Assembly: GCF_018977255.1 (NCBI RefSeq)
Contig: NW_024705307.1
Span: 1 to 55,426, forward strand
Origin: Callorhinchus milii
Taxonomy: Eukaryota
DNA: 55,426 bases
Direction: 5' to 3'
In this document: one piece after another, positions 50,681-55,426 of the stretch
How positions within the stretch are numbered: position 1 is the first letter of the stretch
How the letters are laid out: each line of letters begins with the position of its first letter
The notes under the pieces: generated by a model
The model's input: the letters and a program-made list of their open reading frames with translations, nothing else
The model's database searches: none
What the model was told of the DNA's origin: nothing
Made by a program: the position numbers and the translations under genes

Positions 50681-53600
50681 CATGATATGCTAATGTGATA
50701 GTAGAATATAATTCGTACAAAATATAAATTATTCTTCACCAACCCGCACCGATCAGCGTAACCAAGTTTCGGCCAAACAGCCCTCATGACCTGCACGGCG
50801 TGGGGAGGCCCTCGTTGGGCGTTTGCGCAGAATGATCATCGTGCAGCAGCGGGGTCAAAAGCCCAACGACAAAAACGACGGCTGACGACACATGACAGAA
50901 AGTCCACACGTAGCACCGCGGCGCTTCTCCACGCGTCAACCATTCATCTGAAAATGTTGCGCGTGCGACAGCTGCATCCAGGTTCTGACGGGACCCCCCT
51001 CCTCGATCTGCAGGAGGCACGCAGAAGAACCCTGGCACCGCCGGTGAAACCCAACACTATTGTAGTCGAGCTTATTTTGAGTTCTCCTATGCAGCGCAAA
51101 ACACCTGGGGCTTGGGTGGGCTCCTATTTACTGTAAGCACTGCTATGTCCGACTACTGTTAATAACGAAAAATGTACATGTGTTTATTTATATATTAATA
51201 GGTATAATAATGGTAAACAAATCAAGATATGACATTGGCACTATACAAGAAGAGGAAAGTTACACATCTAAGACGTGCTATTTGTCAACATTTTTTCTAT
51301 TAGGGCTCCCTTATGACGTAAAAAATACACTACAGTGATCAGCGAGCACTGCTCTGTGAACCCACAAACATCGGTGGAAAAGTTATATCTGAACCAGTCC
51401 TGCCTCTACGCCCCTTCACGCACACAGAACTGTGTGGTGAAGAATAGGGAAAAAATAAAACCCCTTGACCAACATGGCATAGGGAGGCATTCATTCCTTG
51501 TTGGATTGAGAATGGCTGTAATCTCCCGTATTTGAAATTAAACATTCGTATTTTTTTAAATATTTTTTTTATATTCCTAATAGGAAAACGCACACGTGGA
51601 AGTTCACCAGCAGCGCTGATGCAGCGTGGAACGTGCACGGACGGACACAATCAAGCCTCATTATGCGAGGCCTGGTCTTGCGGTGTTCAGCTCCGTGGCA
51701 GGCAGGCCCCTACGGACGCACATCCTAAGTGATTCATCACGCGCGATGACAGCTGGGGTTTTGAACGGGAAGGGGAAAAGGGCACAGTGCCAGCTATCCC
51801 AGGGAACGGGGGTGCGAGGCAAGACGCTGCGTAATGTCACAGCGCGCGCCTTCCAAGGTGTGAGCATCTCCACATATGTTAAGGGGGGGTGGATGGGAAA
51901 CTGACACTTGCAGTAGGTGTAACAAAAAAAAAGTTTAAGTGAATGAAAGCTTTGCTAATCGTAAGTTTAACACCAGAAGAAAAGAAAAAAACGCGGAGCT
52001 ATTAAGCGTAGATTGAGGAGAGGAAGAATGAAGCGTTTATTGAGGCTAAAACTAAATACCATGCCCGGGTGGCTCGGGGTCAAAACACTGAGCTGGCACC
52101 GATGAGATCCCTGGGTATGATTCTGAGCGACTGCCTGTAAACCAGGAGCTGTTTTTTTGTATTGTGTTTTTTTGTAAACTGGCTTCTTATCACGAGTTGA
52201 TGATCTCAAGCCCAGTCACCAATAACTGCGCGAAAAGGCGTGACATTAAGCTTGATTCTGCACTTCAATTGGCTAAATTCCAGGCCTGAGAATTCAAAGT
52301 GTAACTTTGACCGTCACGTGATGAACATTGCTGTCAGTGGCAGAGCGAGTGGGAAAGTTATGCTCCCTACTTTGGAGACCAGAGGTCACTTGGAAGGGAT
52401 TTCCGAGGTAGTTCCGTGACATCCACTGCCGCAGGTCATTCTCTAACACGAAGGAAATCACTGCTATGAAAGATATCTGAATTGGTCTCATTACCTTACA
52501 CCGATAACTCAATCGGATATGCCTGCCCTGGAGGAATGGGTTAAGTTGTAAACATGTTTACTTATAATCAGCTTGCTTACTCATACTGGGAAGAAAAGCC
52601 GCGTAGCAACATAGATATTGAGACATGGTTTGGATATGTGACATAGTATACAGTGTAATATAATACATCATAAGAGGCTTCTATCCAGCCTGAAGAACAC
52701 AGTATACAATAAACACTTTTACATTCGCAATGCAGGATTGGGTGTTTAATTCAAAATTGTTACTATTACATTTACAATGAAGATGCTTTTCATCAGATGA
52801 AAGCACATTCAATTGAAGTAGCAACTCTTTAAATTGCTGGAGGGAAAAGTAAAATATTAATTCGTATTTCATACCGGCTAATTTATATTATAAAACATCT
52901 TTCCTTTTGAGTCTGGGCAGGAGACATCTTTCGAAGGTATCAGACTATTTAAGAATCAGAATATCTATTTATTCTGGAGGAATCCGATGAGTTATGGAGC
53001 TCTTTTTCACAGGTGTCCAGTATTTCACACATGTCGTCCACTACGATGGCCGGGGGTCAAGACGAGCATCGGAGTGGCAGCCCAGGGTATAAATGCGCCC
53101 CGAGGACAAACATCACGGAGACAGGATAAAGAAAATCAGCTCGTTGGCAGGCACTCCGTGGATCGCTACATCGAGGCACCGTGAGAGATGGAGGCAGCTT
53201 GGGCAGGCATTCACCCAGCAGTAGATTGTTTGTACAGGGCTGATGATGATAAGGATGACCACCACCACCACCAATCGCTAAAATTGTTCCGACAAAATTT
53301 TGGCGCGAAAAAATTTGCTAGGAAAATAAAAAAAAATTCGAACAAGAAAAACAGTCGGTGTGTTTACAACTCGCTCCGCCGCGCGTAGAATGCGGGTAAG
53401 ATGGTTGGAGGTGATATTTGGCCCTGGGCCAGGTTCTCACAAGCTGCAGACCCAAAGTCTGACTGGGCAGAACGAGAGAGGGGGGCTGGGTGCAGCAACA
53501 CGAGGGGCTGAGTCACCCTGAAGCCACTGCACGAACGCTTTCCCCAACAAACAACAACCGTGGCAAGGGGTGCACTGGCCAAAACAAGAACGGCTCTGGC

Positions 53601-54148
53601 CCCTTGTAAATGGGTTTCTAGTCTCAATGGCTCTTACCAAATCCGTGTATAAAACTATGCTGCAACTATGCCGATTATGCCAATTACCACCAAGGGAAGC
53701 CTAGCAGAGTCTCAAGGCTCTGTTCACGGCAGGGTCTCTCCCTGCCATTGTGCGGTGTTTGGACAATGCCGGTAATGAGGCTGTGTGCATTGTCCACGCA
53801 GTCGTGTTATGTCACGTGGCATGCGAGGAATAATGGGAGGACAGACGCCATGGTTACAGTCGTGCCTGCTGCTGTCTAGAAATCATCTTTTGCGTATTTA
53901 TTTAATTATTCGTATTATTCAGTTTAACACGTAGAGGCTTTCGCCTAATTCTTCTTGTTATTTATTTCCGGCTTGCACAAATGTTCTGTCTGATGAGTTT
54001 TTTCTCATTATTTACAGAAAGTGTTATAATTTGTGTATTACTATTGTTGAGTATTTGGGAGGAAGACAGTAGTAACCATAGAAAAATCCACGAATATGAG
54101 GGGTGACACTCAGTACCGCCATCTCCTGACCGTTCCTCGGAGTACCAC

Positions 54149-54267
54149 GCCTACAGCACCTGGCAAGCACTGTTGGCAACCAATTCGAGTACTAACAAGG
54201 CTTAACTCTGCTTAGTTTCCGAGATCTTATGAGCTTGAGCGGATTTAGGGTGATTTTGGGCATAAAC
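54149..54267 (-). pseudogene. Degenerate full-length 5S rRNA-derived sequence (pseudogene or SINE3-type head)
   Basis: Minus strand gtttatgcccaaaatcaccctaaatccgctcaagctcataagatctcggaaactaagcagagttaagccttgttagtactcgaattgg...ccaggtgctgtaggc aligns end to end (119 nt) with vertebrate 5S (GTCTACGGCCATACCACCCTG...GATCTCGGAAGCTAAGCAG...GTTAGTACT...GGTGCTGTAGGC) with many substitutions. Confidence 0.85.
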
Positions 54268-55246
54268 AGCTGCTGGGTACTATTGGCAAAAGACAATATT
54301 TACATTTACATTCAAACATTTGTCATCATCAGCCACAGGCGCATCTACTGCTGGATGAAGGCCTCTCCAACACAACTCGCGGTCCTTGCAATTCCACCTC
54401 GAATCTCAGAGAATTGGCCGCAGTAAATATTTTTTCGCTGGGCTCGTGAAAAATCCTTCATGTGGTCAAATTATTATTTACACAGTTGTACTTTACGATA
54501 CACTGTGCGCACTATGAGATTGCCATATGACTTTAAAAACATTGCATTTTTAAAATTAATTCCCAGAGCTGGAACTTGGGCCAACTAAGTGCAAAAAACA
54601 AGATATGATCTGATGTGGTTTTTTTGTATGCAGTCATTGGAAACCCTGGAATCGCTACACTTGAGAACCGGTTTAATTACAAGCGACTGCCCAGAATCAC
54701 GCCCAGGAGTGAAGCAGTAGCAGCTCAGTGCTCTGACCTCCGAGCCACCAGAGCGCCTCACAAAAGGTTGATTTTTTGTCAACGCAAGTGAACTTATATG
54801 GCTGGCCATCGAACAAAGACGGTCAGTGCATCGCATGCTTTCAGATGTGCTTCTGCGGCCGTCTGAATGCTCTCCCTTCCGATATTAGGAAGCCACTGCA
54901 GCTATGCACTTTTAATCATCTAGACTGAAACCTCATTTCTTTAGAACTGCTTTTTTGTGTTTAGTTTGTTGTCCTTCCCCGATTAGCTACGTACGGTGCG
55001 AAAGAAGTTCAAAATATATACGTGCATATTCGTCTCGTGCGCACACAAAAAAAAAACTGTAAACAAAAAGGTGAGCAGCCACAAGTCTCCGTCGTCAACC
55101 ACAACGGCTACTACACAAGCAACACAATGGTCACACGAGCTGCTAGTCACGGGAGACAACATCGGCCAAAGACCCAAGCTAGGCGCATACCGAGCTACTA
55201 GCAGTTTGCGCAGGCGCTGCAGGTGCTGCCGTGGATTGTGCTATCC

Positions 55247-55426
55247 CACGTATAGTCTTAACAGACTGTTGGGGCAAGTGCTGTTAGCAAAGGAGCTATG
55301 AATGCCGGCACGGCAAACGAGGGGGTGGGTTCAGGCACCACGCCGGCCGCCTTTGTCTCCCCAGTGGCGATGTTTACACATCACACCAGGTACTCATTTT
55401 AGGCCGAGTCGACCTTGGGGAGGCCC
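55247..55426 (-). mobile_element. SINE family D, third copy, cut by the window end
   Basis: tatagtcttaacagactgttggggcaagtgctgttagc...ggtactcattttaggccgagtcgacc matches the 47.8-48.4 kb units. Confidence 0.85.

Noticed and set aside
54149..54267. Functional 5S rRNA gene
   Set aside because: Many substitutions including in the internal control region, no terminator, and a single dispersed copy.
1..55426. CRISPR array or prokaryotic defence/mobile system
   Set aside because: No regularly spaced direct repeats with unique spacers and no cas-like or other prokaryotic ORFs were seen. The repeats present are dispersed eukaryotic retro- and DNA elements.

Overview
The window has two very different halves. 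Bases 1 to about 27,990 read like random or shuffled sequence: even base use, no microsatellites, no repeat families, no recognisable genes, and only short chance-length ORFs. I annotate nothing biological there. From about 28 kb to the end is vertebrate-type genomic DNA, most likely lamprey or another early-diverging vertebrate (inferred from CpG retention, GC-rich exons and divergent orthologues). It contains the NRARP coding region (minus strand, 116 aa, uninterrupted) and the last two coding exons of EXD3/mut-7 (minus strand), in the same order as in human. Candidate Notch/CSL (RBPJ) regulatory DNA lies between them, including a head-to-head paired-site candidate. The region is dense in mobile elements: several tRNA-derived SINE families, a 5S rRNA-derived copy, and Harbinger, hAT and Tc2-type DNA transposon remnants. 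The most distinctive signal is five short insertions of one family, each with a 10-12 bp target-site duplication and four of them palindromic. The longest carries two inverted minimal hammerhead-ribozyme motifs of the Penelope-like-element type. The EXD3 terminal exon is out of frame with its best splice acceptor. I found no CRISPR array or prokaryotic system, and no clearly novel biological system.
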